Origin: an uncultured Abiotrophia sp.
GTDB lineage: Bacteria; Bacillota; Bacilli; Lactobacillales; Aerococcaceae
Direction: 5' to 3'
Assembly: GCA_965245735.1 (NCBI GenBank)
Contig: CBDFAX010000004.1
Location: 20,867 to 84,866 of the forward strand
Length of the DNA: 64,000 bases
A program made the translations under genes and the position numbers. The notes under the pieces are model-generated. The model did no database searches. It was not told where the DNA came from and saw only the letters and a list, made by a program, of their open reading frames with translations. Positions 7,142 to 16,879 of the stretch are shown here, piece by piece; position 1 is the first letter of the stretch, and each line of letters begins with the position of its first letter.

Positions 7142-10100
7142 ATGAGCAAGACAAGTGTTTCCCCCCATTGGCAGATGAAGGCAGCCCTAGCCTCTTCCCT
7201 GGCCATTGGTTTGTTGTTGGCCTGAGCCCCTCGGGTAGCGGCGGAAGAAGTGGTGACTTCAGATACAGAGGCTTCCTTAGACCAGCTTAGTCCCAAAACC
7301 GAGGTCAGCCAGGCTGCCACGTCCTCTAGTGACAGTTCGAGCCTAAGTGAAGAGCCAGCCTCAAGCCCTGCTAGCAGTGAGTCAGATCAGACCAGTCAAG
7401 CGAGTGCAGAAAGCAACCAAGCAGTCGCCAATCCTGCCCCTGCTCAAGAAGTGCCTGACACACCGCAAAAGCAAGGTGGAGAGGTCAAGCCAAAGGAAGT
7501 GAAGTTCCAAACCTGGCAAGAACTCCTAGATTGGCAACCGGGAGCGCGTCAGGATGACGAAATTAACCGGGCCAGTGTCTCCCTAGCTTCACGTTATCAA
7601 GGACATGTAGTCAACCCAACGGCTAACCCAGATGCTAAGGTTCAAGCCCTATCGAATATGAACGCCAAGGCGGAAGACCATTCCTCTGTTGGGGGCGAGG
7701 AGTTTAAGACTTATGCCTTCGACCACTGGCAATACCTGGATTCCATGGTATTCTGGGATGGTTTAGTGCCAAGCCCTGATGTCATTGATGCTGGCCACCG
7801 TAATGGGGTGCCAGTCTATGGGACCCTCTTCTTCAACTGGTCCACGAGTCGTGCCGACCGCAAACGTTTCTTGGAGTTCTTGCAAGAAGATCAAGAAGGC
7901 TCTAACACCTTCCCGCTCGCGCGCAAGCTAGTTGACGTAGCCAAATACTATGGCTATGATGGCTACTTTATTAACCAAGAAACCACCGGCCATGGCCTCT
8001 ATGGCAAGGGTGAGAAGATGCGGCAATTCATGCTCTATGCTAAACAATATGCAGCCGAGCAAAAAGTGAATCTCAAATTCTCTTGGTATGATGCCTTTGA
8101 TATTAACGGCCAACGTAATCACCAAAACGCCTTAACAGAAGTTAACCGCGATTATATGAAGGCAGAAAAACCACAAGGTCCTGTTCCAGTCGACGAGTTC
8201 TTCGCCAACTTCAACTGGGGTAAGGCATCAGTGGATGAATCGGTCAATAGCGCTAAGGCTGTCAATCGTTCCCAGTATGATGTCTATATGGGCTTTGAAT
8301 TGCAGAAGAACTCTTATAAGACCCAGGTGCCATTCTGGGACTTGCTAGATGACCAAGGCAAGCTTCGGACTTCCTTGGGACTCTTTGCACCGGATTCCAT
8401 CCTAGGGATTGGGACCACCGGGGAAAGTTACCACCGGGAAGAAAACAACTTCTGGACGGGCTTGCAACAAGACCCAACCAAGCCAAAACCAGAAGATAGC
8501 ACTTGGTATGGCTTGTCTGGCTACATCGCTGACAAAACGGCTATTCTAGGCGACCAATTCCACACCAGCTTCAATACGGGGCACGGTAAACGTTGGTATG
8601 TAGATGGCCAAGTCTCTAAAGACTCTGAATGGAACTACCGGTCGGTGTCTGGTATTTTACCAACCTGGCGTTGGTGGATTCGCTCTAAGAATGGGGAAGC
8701 TGGCCTTAAGGGTGACTATGACTTTGAAGATGCCTATAACGGCGGGAACTCACTTCAATTTTCTGGTCATTTAGGGGCTAAGAATCCCGAAGAAGCCATG
8801 CTTTATGCCACCAAATTAGCTGTGGGTGAGACTACGCAGTTGAAGCTAGCCCACAAAGGTGGCCTAGGAAGCCGTGTCCGGGTCGGCTTAGCCACTCAGG
8901 CCAACTATAGTGCTGATAGCTTCCATTACTTTGATTTAACGCCAGGCAAAGACTGGCACCAAGATACTTTGGACCTATCTGGCTTGAAGGGCAAAACTAT
9001 CTATGCCATTAAGTTTGCCTTTGAGAGTGAGACAGATCAAGCTGCTTATCGCTTCAACCTAGGGCAAATCGACCTCTTGAAGACGGCAACAGCCCCTGTG
9101 GCCCCAAGCCAAGTCCAGGTTGTGTCTAAGCAACTCAGCTCTAGCCGTCAGGCCCAAGCTCATCTAGCCTTTACACCAAGTGCCAATGCGGATTACTATG
9201 AAGTCTATCAAGAAGTCGCACCTAATAAATGGCATTTACTGACGGGTTCATCTAACCACCATATTTATTTAGCTAAAGTGTCTCGACCACAGGACACTAG
9301 TGGGACGACCCAAAGGCTAAAAGTAGTAGCGGTGGGCAAAAATGGCTTACGCTCCGAAGCCGGCTATGCGACTTTTGACTGGCAAATGACTACATCTGAT
9401 ACGACCCAACCACAAGAGCAGGCACCTAATATTGTGCCAGGAGCTACTGTGACCTTTGCATCCGGCCCTAGCGATGGTTCTGAGCCAGCTGATGCCATGT
9501 TGAACGGGACCATTACCTCTAATGCCGACAAATGGTGTATTCTAGATCCTCAAGGCCATGTCGACATTAAACTTAGCCAAGTCAGAACGGTCCGTCGCTG
9601 GGTGGTTGAACATGCTGGGGCTGGTGGCGAGTCTGTCAATGACGGTCTCATGAATACCCGCGACTTTGACCTCTACTACAAGGATATGACCACCGGGGAA
9701 TGGCTTCTAGCTAAATCAATTCGTGGCAACCGCGCTCATGTAACGGATGTGGACCTAGATCGACCAATCACTGCGCAAGAATGGCGTTTGGACGTGGTGA
9801 CTTCCCATAACGGAACGCCATGGGGAGCGATTCGAATCTATAACTGGAAGATGTATGAACAAGCTGCTTCCAAAGAATCCACCAACCTGCCAATGGCTAA
9901 TGTGGCCGCTCAATCTTTGGGGAATAGCTATGTCCAAGTTGGTTTGAACAAGGTGCCTGCCAAAGCCACAGTGAGACTCTATGCTGACCGGGAAGCGACT
10001 CAGCTACTAGGGGAAGTGAGGGCTGATCAAGCGGGAGACTACAGTTTCCAACCAGTTCGCTTAGCAGAAGGCAGCCATTTGCTCTACTATAAGACCTGGG

Positions 10101-11707
10101 AAGAAGGCAAGGAAGCTAGCAACCTATCCGCAGTCTTAGTAGATTCCACTAGCGCTCACCAAAAAATTAAGGAAGTCAGCTTGGAACATGGCTTAGAGCA
10201 AACGGTCTATCATGTCAAGGATGGCTTGAATCTAGCAGGTGCTAAGCTACGAGTTCGTCTAGAAGGAGCCAAAGAGGATCAACTCATTAACCTGACCCAC
10301 CCAGGGGTGACAGTCAGCGGTTATGATGCGACTAAGCTGGGTGCTCAAGATCTAACCGTCAGCTACCTGGGCCAAACCCTGGCTCAAACGCTGAGAGTCT
10401 ATGTAGCTAAGGCCGACTCGAACGACGACAGTAAGGAAATTACTCATCTGGCTATTACAACCCTGCCAAATCAACACTATCGTCCAGGCCAAGACTTGGA
10501 TTTATCCAAGGGCAGATTCCAAGTAGTGTATTCAGACCAAAGCCATCACACCCATACCTTCCAAGATCCAGGTGTTACAGTCTCTGGTTATGACCCTCAA
10601 CGATTAGGTGAGCAGAAAGTAAGGCTGCACTATCAAGACTTTACCGTGGACTTCTCTGTTTGGGTGGAAAGAGAAGAAGCTAACTTCGAGTATCTCAACC
10701 AGAAATTAGCTGAAGTTGAGCGTCTGCTTCCACACTACCGCTATCAATTTGCGACCCCAGAAGAACAGGCGGCCCTTAAGGATAGTGTCAGCAAGGCTCA
10801 GGACTTAGTTAAGACAGCGCAGACCGCTGAGCAGGCTCAGGTAGATGCGGCACTAGCTAATTTGAATAAAGCCCTAGGCAACCTATCGGGCCAGAAAGGA
10901 CGCGATGAGGCGAGCCTGGTTCTAGGGGCAGTAGCCTCATTAGGTCAGGACTGGGCGGACCGTTTACAAGATCCTGAATTAAAGGCCAAACTAAGCAAAC
11001 AAGTCAGTCAGGCACGGACCTTGATGGACCAAGACTTGGTAAGTCCGGCAGACTTTGCGACAGCTAAGGCGCAACTTGAAGAAAGCATCTTAGCAGCTAA
11101 GAAAGTGACGCCAACCGTCTTGCACGACCCAAGTCACGATGTCACCGTCGCCTTCTCAGGGCTAGAACCAAGTCGGATTACGGGTCTCAAGGTTGGTAAG
11201 CTAGGGCCAGAAGACCTGACAGAAGCTGAAAAACAAGCCTTGGCGGGACGGCAGGCTCTTGTTTACGATATTGAAGGCCAAGATGCTCAGGGTCGAGATG
11301 TGGATACCCACTATCCAGCTAAGGCCAGTCTACCATCGCCTCAAGGTCAAAAAGTCGAGCAAGTACTCTTCTTGCCTGAGGACGGGCCAGCACAAAGCTT
11401 GCCTTTCCAAGTTCAAGATGGCCGGGTTGTCTTTGAGGGGCCACACTTTACCCACTACGCCTTAGTCTTGGCTAAGGCAGAACAAAGTCAAGAAACGAGT
11501 CAACCAGGGCAAAGTGATCCGGTTGGGCCAGAAGAGCAAACACAAGCAAGCCAAGCTAGACCTGCTGGCGACAAGGTCTTAGCGGCTGCTAGCCATGAGG
11601 ACCGCCTGCCTGAAACGGGCGAGAGCCCATCTGGCTTTGTTCTAGGTGGACTTGTCCTATCCTTCTTAGGAATCTTAGGTCTTCGGCCTAAACGTGAAAG
11701 AGAGTAA
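7142..11707 (+). pseudogene. LPXTG-anchored GH85 endo-beta-N-acetylglucosaminidase, interrupted by an in-frame TGA (7223-7225) inside the signal peptide
   Basis: SD AAAGGAG at 7127-7133, then ATG 7142. The encoded MSKTSVSPHWQMKAALASSLAIGLLLA is followed by TGA, and the same frame continues for 1485 codons. GH85 motifs FDHWQYLDSMVFW and GYFINQET are present. Also present: a discoidin/CBM32-like segment, two Big_3-like repeats, FIVAR-like helices, and LPETG (11606-11620) with a TM segment and basic tail. Confidence 0.6.
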
Positions 11708-11713
11708 GAAGGC

Positions 11714-11740
11714 AAAACTGCCCCTAAGGGGCAGTTTTTT
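11714..11740 (+). terminator. Intrinsic terminator
   Basis: AAAACTGCCCC-TAA-GGGGCAGTTTTTT. Confidence 0.9.
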
Positions 11741-11862
11741 GTGGGGAATTGATAACAAGTTTGGGGTGCGTGGGTTCCTGACCAAGGGACTTATGCTATA
11801 ATAGAAAAGAAGGAAGCGCATCCAGGTGACTCAGCCTGATTATGTGCTAAAGGGGGATAGCC

Positions 11863-14800
11863 ATGTTAATAAGTAACTTTTTTGAAGACCTAAGTCTTCA
11901 GTCTGTTGGCCAAATGCCACAGGCGGCTTACTTCATTCCTTATGGGAATTTAGAAGAGGCCAAGCAAGCCAAACGGCGCCAGGAATCGTCTCGCTTTGTG
12001 GACTTGAATGGGGATTGGGATTTCCATTATTTTGATAATGTCCGCTTGATTGAAGCACCTTATTGGTTGACGACTCACCAAGAGGACTTGGATTGGACCA
12101 CGATGCCGGTGCCAAGTTGTTGGCAATATCAGGGCTACGATAACTTTCAATACACTAATACGGAATATCCCATTCCATTTAATCCACCTTATGTGCCCTA
12201 TGCCAACCCTGCCGGGCTTTATAAACGAAGCTTTGAGATTAGGAATCTAGCAGACCTACCTGGGACAGAACTGGTGCTAGAAGGAGTAGACTCAGCTGCT
12301 TATGTCTGGGTTAATAATCATTTTGTCGGTTATGGGCAAATTTCGCACAGCCTGCAAGTTTATGATCTAACCCCTTATATCAAAGAGGGGCAGAACCACC
12401 TAGCAGTGCTAGTTCTCAAATGGTGTGACGGGACTTACCTGGAAGACCAGGACAAATTCCGCATGAGTGGCATTTTCCGCGATGTCTATTTGAGACGGCG
12501 ATCTGCTCAGGGACTGGTTGATTTCCATCTTCGTCCCCAAGTAGCAGCAGATGGCCAGTCGGCCCAGCTGGAATGGTCTTGGTCCCTTAATCAGACAGGG
12601 GAGAACTGGTCCTATCGTTTGGAAGATGCGGAGGGTCAGCTAGTCTTGGAGGAGACCAATCTGCCACTGGATTCTAGCCAGCAGACCTTGGCCTTGACTC
12701 TTAAAGAGCCTCATCTCTGGTCGGCTGAAAAACCATACCTATACACGCTCTACTGGTCGGTGGCAGGCGAGACCTATAAACAAGCCATTGGTCTGCGAGA
12801 GTTAGCCGTGGACAAAGACGGCCTATACTGTAACCATCAGGCTATCCGACTCATAGGGGTCAACCACCACGATTCTTGGCCAGATACGGGAGCGACGGTG
12901 ACCTTGGAACGCCAAGTTCAGGACTTGATGCTTATCAAGCACCATAACTTCAATGCCATTCGGACGGCTCATTATCCAAAGTCACCAGAATTCTATGAGC
13001 TATGCGATCGCTTGGGCTTTTATGTGATCAGTGAGGCCGACATAGAATGCCACGGGGTGGTAGATCTTTACGGGCGTGGCTATAGTCGCAACTTTAACCA
13101 GATAGCGGAGGATCCTGAGTGGCAAGAGGCTCTAGTAACTCGTATGGCAGCCAATGTCTTGCCACTGCGGAACTTTTCTTCCATTATCATGTGGTCGGCG
13201 GGTAATGAATCAGGTTTTGGCGTCAATTACGAAGTCCTGTTGGCCCAAGCCAAGTCTTGGGATCCGACACGGATTCTGCATTATGAAGGTTATTATTTCC
13301 GCGACCCAGCTAAGGTGCACAATAAGGAACATGTGGAAGTCTACAGCCGGATGTATCCGTCTATTGAGGAAATCGAGACTCTCTACTTCAGTGAGGGGGG
13401 CCAATATGCACCACTTGATCGGCCACTCATGCTCTGTGAGTATGCCCATGCCATGGGCAATGGGCCGGGTGGTCTGGAAGATTATTATGACTGCATGCAG
13501 CGTCATCCTCAATTGATTGGCCTCTTCGTCTGGGAATGGTGTGACCATGCCGTCGCGGTGCCACAAGCGGGGCAGGCAGAACCTGCCTACCGTTACGGGG
13601 GCGACTTTGGTGACTATCCGCACTTCGGCAACTTCTGTATGGATGGCTTGGTCTATCCGGATCGGACCTTGCACACGGGTCTCTTAGAGCACAAACAGGT
13701 TTTCCGGCCAGTTCGCTTAATAGACTTTGATTTACAAGCCCATCGAGCTTGTTTCCGTAATGACTATGCCTTTTTGAATTTGGCAGAGGCCCTCTACTTG
13801 CGGGTGGAAGCCTATAATCGGGAGGGCTTGCTCTTAACGACTCAAGACTGTGCAACTTGGCAGGCTGAGCCAGGCCAAACTACTTGGGTCGACTTAACTT
13901 GCTGTGGGGACCTAGCTAGTGTGGCCAGCGTCCGCTTTGTCTATTTGGGCCTGGAAAATGAAGAGGAATATGGCTTCGACCAGGTAAGCTTGGCAGCCTA
14001 TGAAGTCCCTAGCCTGAGCCAAGCGCCACAAGCGGTCAGTGGCCAGGAAGGCCTGGCCAGTTATCAGTTGACCTGGGGCGACCTAGTCTTGACCTTTGAT
14101 AAGGGGAGTATGGCGCCAAGTCAAATCAGCTATGCCGGTCAGGAACTGCTCAAGCAAGCCGCCTTCTGGCAAATTTGGCGGGCTCCAACAGATAATGATC
14201 GCCATGTTCGTAAGGAATGGGAAGGGGCCAATTATCATCACAGTCAGCTTTGGATTCGAGACAGTCACCTAGAAGTTCAAGCAGATTGTGTTAGCCTACA
14301 TTTCTCAGGGGCTATGACGGCGCTGGCGCGGCAGAATCCCTTGAGCCTGACAGGGTCTTGGAAACTGGCTAAGGATGGCCAGTTAAGTTTGGAAGTCCAA
14401 GCTAACTTAGATAGCCAAATGCCTTTCTTGCCACGCTTTGGCCTTTGCCTGCCATTGGTGGATGCCCAGACGGTTCATTATCTGGGGCAGGGACCTTTTG
14501 AAAATTATGCCGATAAGCAGGCTGCTAGCTACCGGGCCCAATTCAGTTTGGATGCCGGAGATTTCTATGAGCCTTACATTAAACCGCAAGAAAATGGCAA
14601 CCGTAGCCAGGTGTCATGGCTAGAAGTTGTCCAAATGCCGGTTCTCTGGCAGGTTCAAGATCAGACTCCAGCTAGTTCGGGGCTTAACTTCAGTCTATCA
14701 CCTTATAGTGCGCAGACCTTGAGCCAGACTAGCCACCGGGATCAATTGCCTGAGCCATCGGGCTATTATCTCAACCTGGATTTAGCACAAAGTGGTCTAG

Positions 14801-14901
14801 GGACCAACTCCTGTGGTCCTGCCTTGCCAGATGCCTATCGCATTACAGGACCTAGCTTGTCCTGTCTCTGGACCATGGCCTGGCGACCCCTAGACAACTA
14901 A
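11863..14901 (+). CDS. lacZ: Beta-galactosidase, GH2 (LacZ-type), cytoplasmic
   Basis: 1012 aa. Motifs NAIRTAHYP, WSAGNESG (acid/base Glu) and CEYAHAMGNGPG (nucleophile Glu). An extended -10, TGCTATAAT, is at 11794-11802. Confidence 0.9.
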   Translation: MLISNFFEDLSLQSVGQMPQAAYFIPYGNLEEAKQAKRRQESSRFVDLNGDWDFHYFDNVRLIEAPYWLTTHQEDLDWTTMPVPSCWQYQGYDNFQYTNTEYPIPFNPPYVPYANPAGLYKRSFEIRNLADLPGTELVLEGVDSAAYVWVNNHFVGYGQISHSLQVYDLTPYIKEGQNHLAVLVLKWCDGTYLEDQDKFRMSGIFRDVYLRRRSAQGLVDFHLRPQVAADGQSAQLEWSWSLNQTGENWSYRLEDAEGQLVLEETNLPLDSSQQTLALTLKEPHLWSAEKPYLYTLYWSVAGETYKQAIGLRELAVDKDGLYCNHQAIRLIGVNHHDSWPDTGATVTLERQVQDLMLIKHHNFNAIRTAHYPKSPEFYELCDRLGFYVISEADIECHGVVDLYGRGYSRNFNQIAEDPEWQEALVTRMAANVLPLRNFSSIIMWSAGNESGFGVNYEVLLAQAKSWDPTRILHYEGYYFRDPAKVHNKEHVEVYSRMYPSIEEIETLYFSEGGQYAPLDRPLMLCEYAHAMGNGPGGLEDYYDCMQRHPQLIGLFVWEWCDHAVAVPQAGQAEPAYRYGGDFGDYPHFGNFCMDGLVYPDRTLHTGLLEHKQVFRPVRLIDFDLQAHRACFRNDYAFLNLAEALYLRVEAYNREGLLLTTQDCATWQAEPGQTTWVDLTCCGDLASVASVRFVYLGLENEEEYGFDQVSLAAYEVPSLSQAPQAVSGQEGLASYQLTWGDLVLTFDKGSMAPSQISYAGQELLKQAAFWQIWRAPTDNDRHVRKEWEGANYHHSQLWIRDSHLEVQADCVSLHFSGAMTALARQNPLSLTGSWKLAKDGQLSLEVQANLDSQMPFLPRFGLCLPLVDAQTVHYLGQGPFENYADKQAASYRAQFSLDAGDFYEPYIKPQENGNRSQVSWLEVVQMPVLWQVQDQTPASSGLNFSLSPYSAQTLSQTSHRDQLPEPSGYYLNLDLAQSGLGTNSCGPALPDAYRITGPSLSCLWTMAWRPLDN

Positions 14902-14910
14902 GCCTCAAAC

Positions 14911-14941
14911 AAAAAATCCAGGGCTCTGGTCCCTGGATTTT
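14911..14941 (+). terminator. Intrinsic terminator of lacZ
   Basis: AAAAAATCCAGGG...CCCTGGATTTT. Confidence 0.85.
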
Positions 14942-14943
14942 AT

Positions 14944-14975
14944 AAAAATAAGGCTAAGTTCTTTACTTAGCCTTT
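14944..14975 (-). terminator. Intrinsic terminator of the minus-strand two-gene operon
   Basis: AAGGCTAAG...CTTAGCCTT stem. On the minus strand it is followed by ATTTTTAT. Confidence 0.7.
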
Positions 14976-14980
14976 TATGT

Positions 14981-15583
14981 TTATTCAAAGTCTTTGACCA
15001 TGGCCTTGTAGAAATCATGGTTGTAAATTACGAAGAGATCGTACTGTGGTTTGTCAGGCTTTTTCTCGTCCTGACCGATGCGGTGGCCACTTAGGATAAG
15101 GCCGAAATCCTTAGTCTCGACAAAGACCTTATCGACAGGCGAGGGTTCCCGATTAAGCAATCGCTCCATTTGGGCTTCAGGTTTGATCCCGAGGCCTGCC
15201 ATGCGTTGTCGGATGCTATCGGCGTCTAGCTTAGCCATAGCGAAGGCTAGCACCTTGTTATCGGGAGTTGATAGGAGCACTGCCTCAGGGCCTAAGCGGT
15301 GGATGGTGTACTTGAAGTCGGTATTAGCTAGTTGAGATTCCTTGCTATCCGTTACTTCCCATTTGAAGAGTTGAGCGAGATTGTCAAGAGTCTTCTTAGC
15401 ATCCTTGAGGTCTAAGGCTTCCTTCAGTTTAGGAGTCAACTCGTTGCTAGCAGCTTCTAGGCTTTCGTAAGAAGTTTGACTTGAGCCAGACTGGCTAGAC
15501 TCAGATGACGATTGGGCCAGTACGGGGCTAGTCGTTAAGACCAGACCGGCTGCTAATAGGCTAAGTTTCTTGAATAGAGACAT
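14981..15583 (-). CDS. Hypothetical secreted protein (Sec signal peptide, no lipobox Cys)
   Basis: 200 aa. The N-terminus is MSLFKKLSLLAAGLVLTTSPVLAQ, followed by a Ser-rich linker. SD AGGAGG precedes the start. I recognise no family motif. Confidence 0.6.
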   Translation of the reverse strand: MSLFKKLSLLAAGLVLTTSPVLAQSSSESSQSGSSQTSYESLEAASNELTPKLKEALDLKDAKKTLDNLAQLFKWEVTDSKESQLANTDFKYTIHRLGPEAVLLSTPDNKVLAFAMAKLDADSIRQRMAGLGIKPEAQMERLLNREPSPVDKVFVETKDFGLILSGHRIGQDEKKPDKPQYDLFVIYNHDFYKAMVKDFE

Positions 15584-15599
15584 ATACTACCTCCTTGAC

Positions 15600-16196
15600 T
15601 TACTTGTCTGAGATGGCATCTTCAAAACGAAGACTTGGTTTGACTTGCAGCAGATAGCGGAAGAGCTCAATGAGATTGTCGTATTTTTGCTGACTGACAG
15701 TCCCCATATCTAAAGAATTCATTTCCTGATCGCCTTCTCTCATGTAGAGGAAGAAGAGGTGGTTGGATGAGACATGTGGGCCGTCTTTCATGCGTTCAAT
15801 CTTTACACCGATTAGGCTTAACTCTTCGATTTGGTAGTCAATGAAGCCGTTTTTGATATAGAAGAGGGTATCGCGGTAGACATAGAATTGGTTGAGTGGG
15901 TCCACAAAGCTAGCTTGCTCCGTCAGCATGGAGAGGTTGTCACGCAATTCCGGGTAGCGTTGGTAGGTCGCTTCGTAGCGTGCCTTGGTTTCCCGTCTGA
16001 TTTTGAAAGCCAGGAAAATGAAGCTGATGCCCATAGGGATAAAGAGTAGGCCAAAGATACTAGATGCGATAATGCCGACCTGATCCTGTTTATTGATTGC
16101 ACTCGGGATATTGAGAACAGCCCAAATACCCATGAGGATGAAGAAAATCCCGAATGGTAAGGCTGTGAACATCGCATGATTATTATTCTGTTTCAT
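15600..16196 (-). CDS. Hypothetical membrane protein (two N-terminal TM helices plus a ~120-aa soluble domain)
   Basis: 198 aa. SD AGGAGG precedes the start. An extended -10, TGCTATAAT, lies upstream on the minus strand. It sits 16 nt upstream of the next ORF. Confidence 0.6.
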   Translation of the reverse strand: MKQNNNHAMFTALPFGIFFILMGIWAVLNIPSAINKQDQVGIIASSIFGLLFIPMGISFIFLAFKIRRETKARYEATYQRYPELRDNLSMLTEQASFVDPLNQFYVYRDTLFYIKNGFIDYQIEELSLIGVKIERMKDGPHVSSNHLFFLYMREGDQEMNSLDMGTVSQQKYDNLIELFRYLLQVKPSLRFEDAISDK

Positions 16197-16266
16197 TGAA
16201 AACCTCCTAAGATAGTCTTTGACTTATTATAGCATAAGACAAGCTTTTTTGTCTTTGATGGCCAAT

Positions 16267-16298
16267 CAAAAAAGAGGCTGAGACAAGTGACTCAGCCT
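16267..16298 (-). terminator. Intrinsic terminator of cysE (overlaps its stop codon)
   Basis: AGGCTGAG...CTCAGCCT stem. On the minus strand it is followed by CTTTTTTG. Confidence 0.75.
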
Positions 16299-16879
16299 TT
16301 ATCCTCAGGCTCCGAAGAAGCGCTATGAGGAGTCTTGTGAAAAGGTACAATCTGATCTTGCCCCGGGTACTTGATCCAGGCGGGGGCTTCGTATACGATG
16401 GCACCTGCAGGCACATCTTGCTTGATGACGACATTACAGCCGATTTTGGCTCCTTGGCCGATGGTGACATTGCCCAGAATCTTGGTGCCTGCTCCAATCA
16501 GGACATGGTCTTCAACTGTTGGATGGCGCTTGACAGGATCTAACTTGGTCCCGCCGAGGGTCACGCCTTGATAGAGGGTGACATCCTTGCCAACTATGGC
16601 TGTCTCGCCAATGACGATGCCCATGCCATGGTCCATAAAGAGGCCAGGACCAATTTGGGCACCGGGATGAATTTCAATCCCGGTCACGCGACGGGCACGT
16701 TTGGCTAGGAGTCTAGCCAGAAGTGGATGGCCTTTGACATAGAGCGCATGGGCAATGTAGTGGTAGTTAAGAGCCTTAATATGTGGATAGGTCCAGAAGA
16801 CCATCCAAGGCGACTTGGCAGCTGGGTCAAGGGCCATGACGCGCTGAATATTATAGGAAAGTCGTTGCCAGAAAGACAT
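16292..16879 (-). CDS. cysE: Serine O-acetyltransferase
   Basis: Left-handed beta-helix hexapeptide repeats (GIEIHPGAQIGPGLFMDHGMGIVIGETA...). The start overlaps the cysK stop (TAATG). Confidence 0.85.
   Translation of the reverse strand: MSFWQRLSYNIQRVMALDPAAKSPWMVFWTYPHIKALNYHYIAHALYVKGHPLLARLLAKRARRVTGIEIHPGAQIGPGLFMDHGMGIVIGETAIVGKDVTLYQGVTLGGTKLDPVKRHPTVEDHVLIGAGTKILGNVTIGQGAKIGCNVVIKQDVPAGAIVYEAPAWIKYPGQDQIVPFHKTPHSASSEPEDKG

Noticed and set aside
7223-7225. Programmed recoding of the GH85 TGA as selenocysteine or Trp (alternative genetic code).
   Set aside because: TGA terminates other well-supported genes in the window (42061-42063, 57018-57020, 60871-60873). No obvious SECIS-like hairpin follows the codon. 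A signal peptide is an implausible place for selenocysteine. Low-level read-through remains possible and is covered in the finding.
13210-13855. Antisense ORFs of 154 and 142 aa inside lacZ. Similar track ORFs lie inside other large genes, for example 1567-1932, 16207-16497, 22784-23098, 23309-23620, 27979-28407, 35576-36037, 36786-37181, 39000-39410 and 44005-44355.
   Set aside because: They lie fully within well-supported genes on the opposite strand or in another frame. They have Arg/Pro/Ser-rich low-information composition and no SD. They are typical shadow ORFs.
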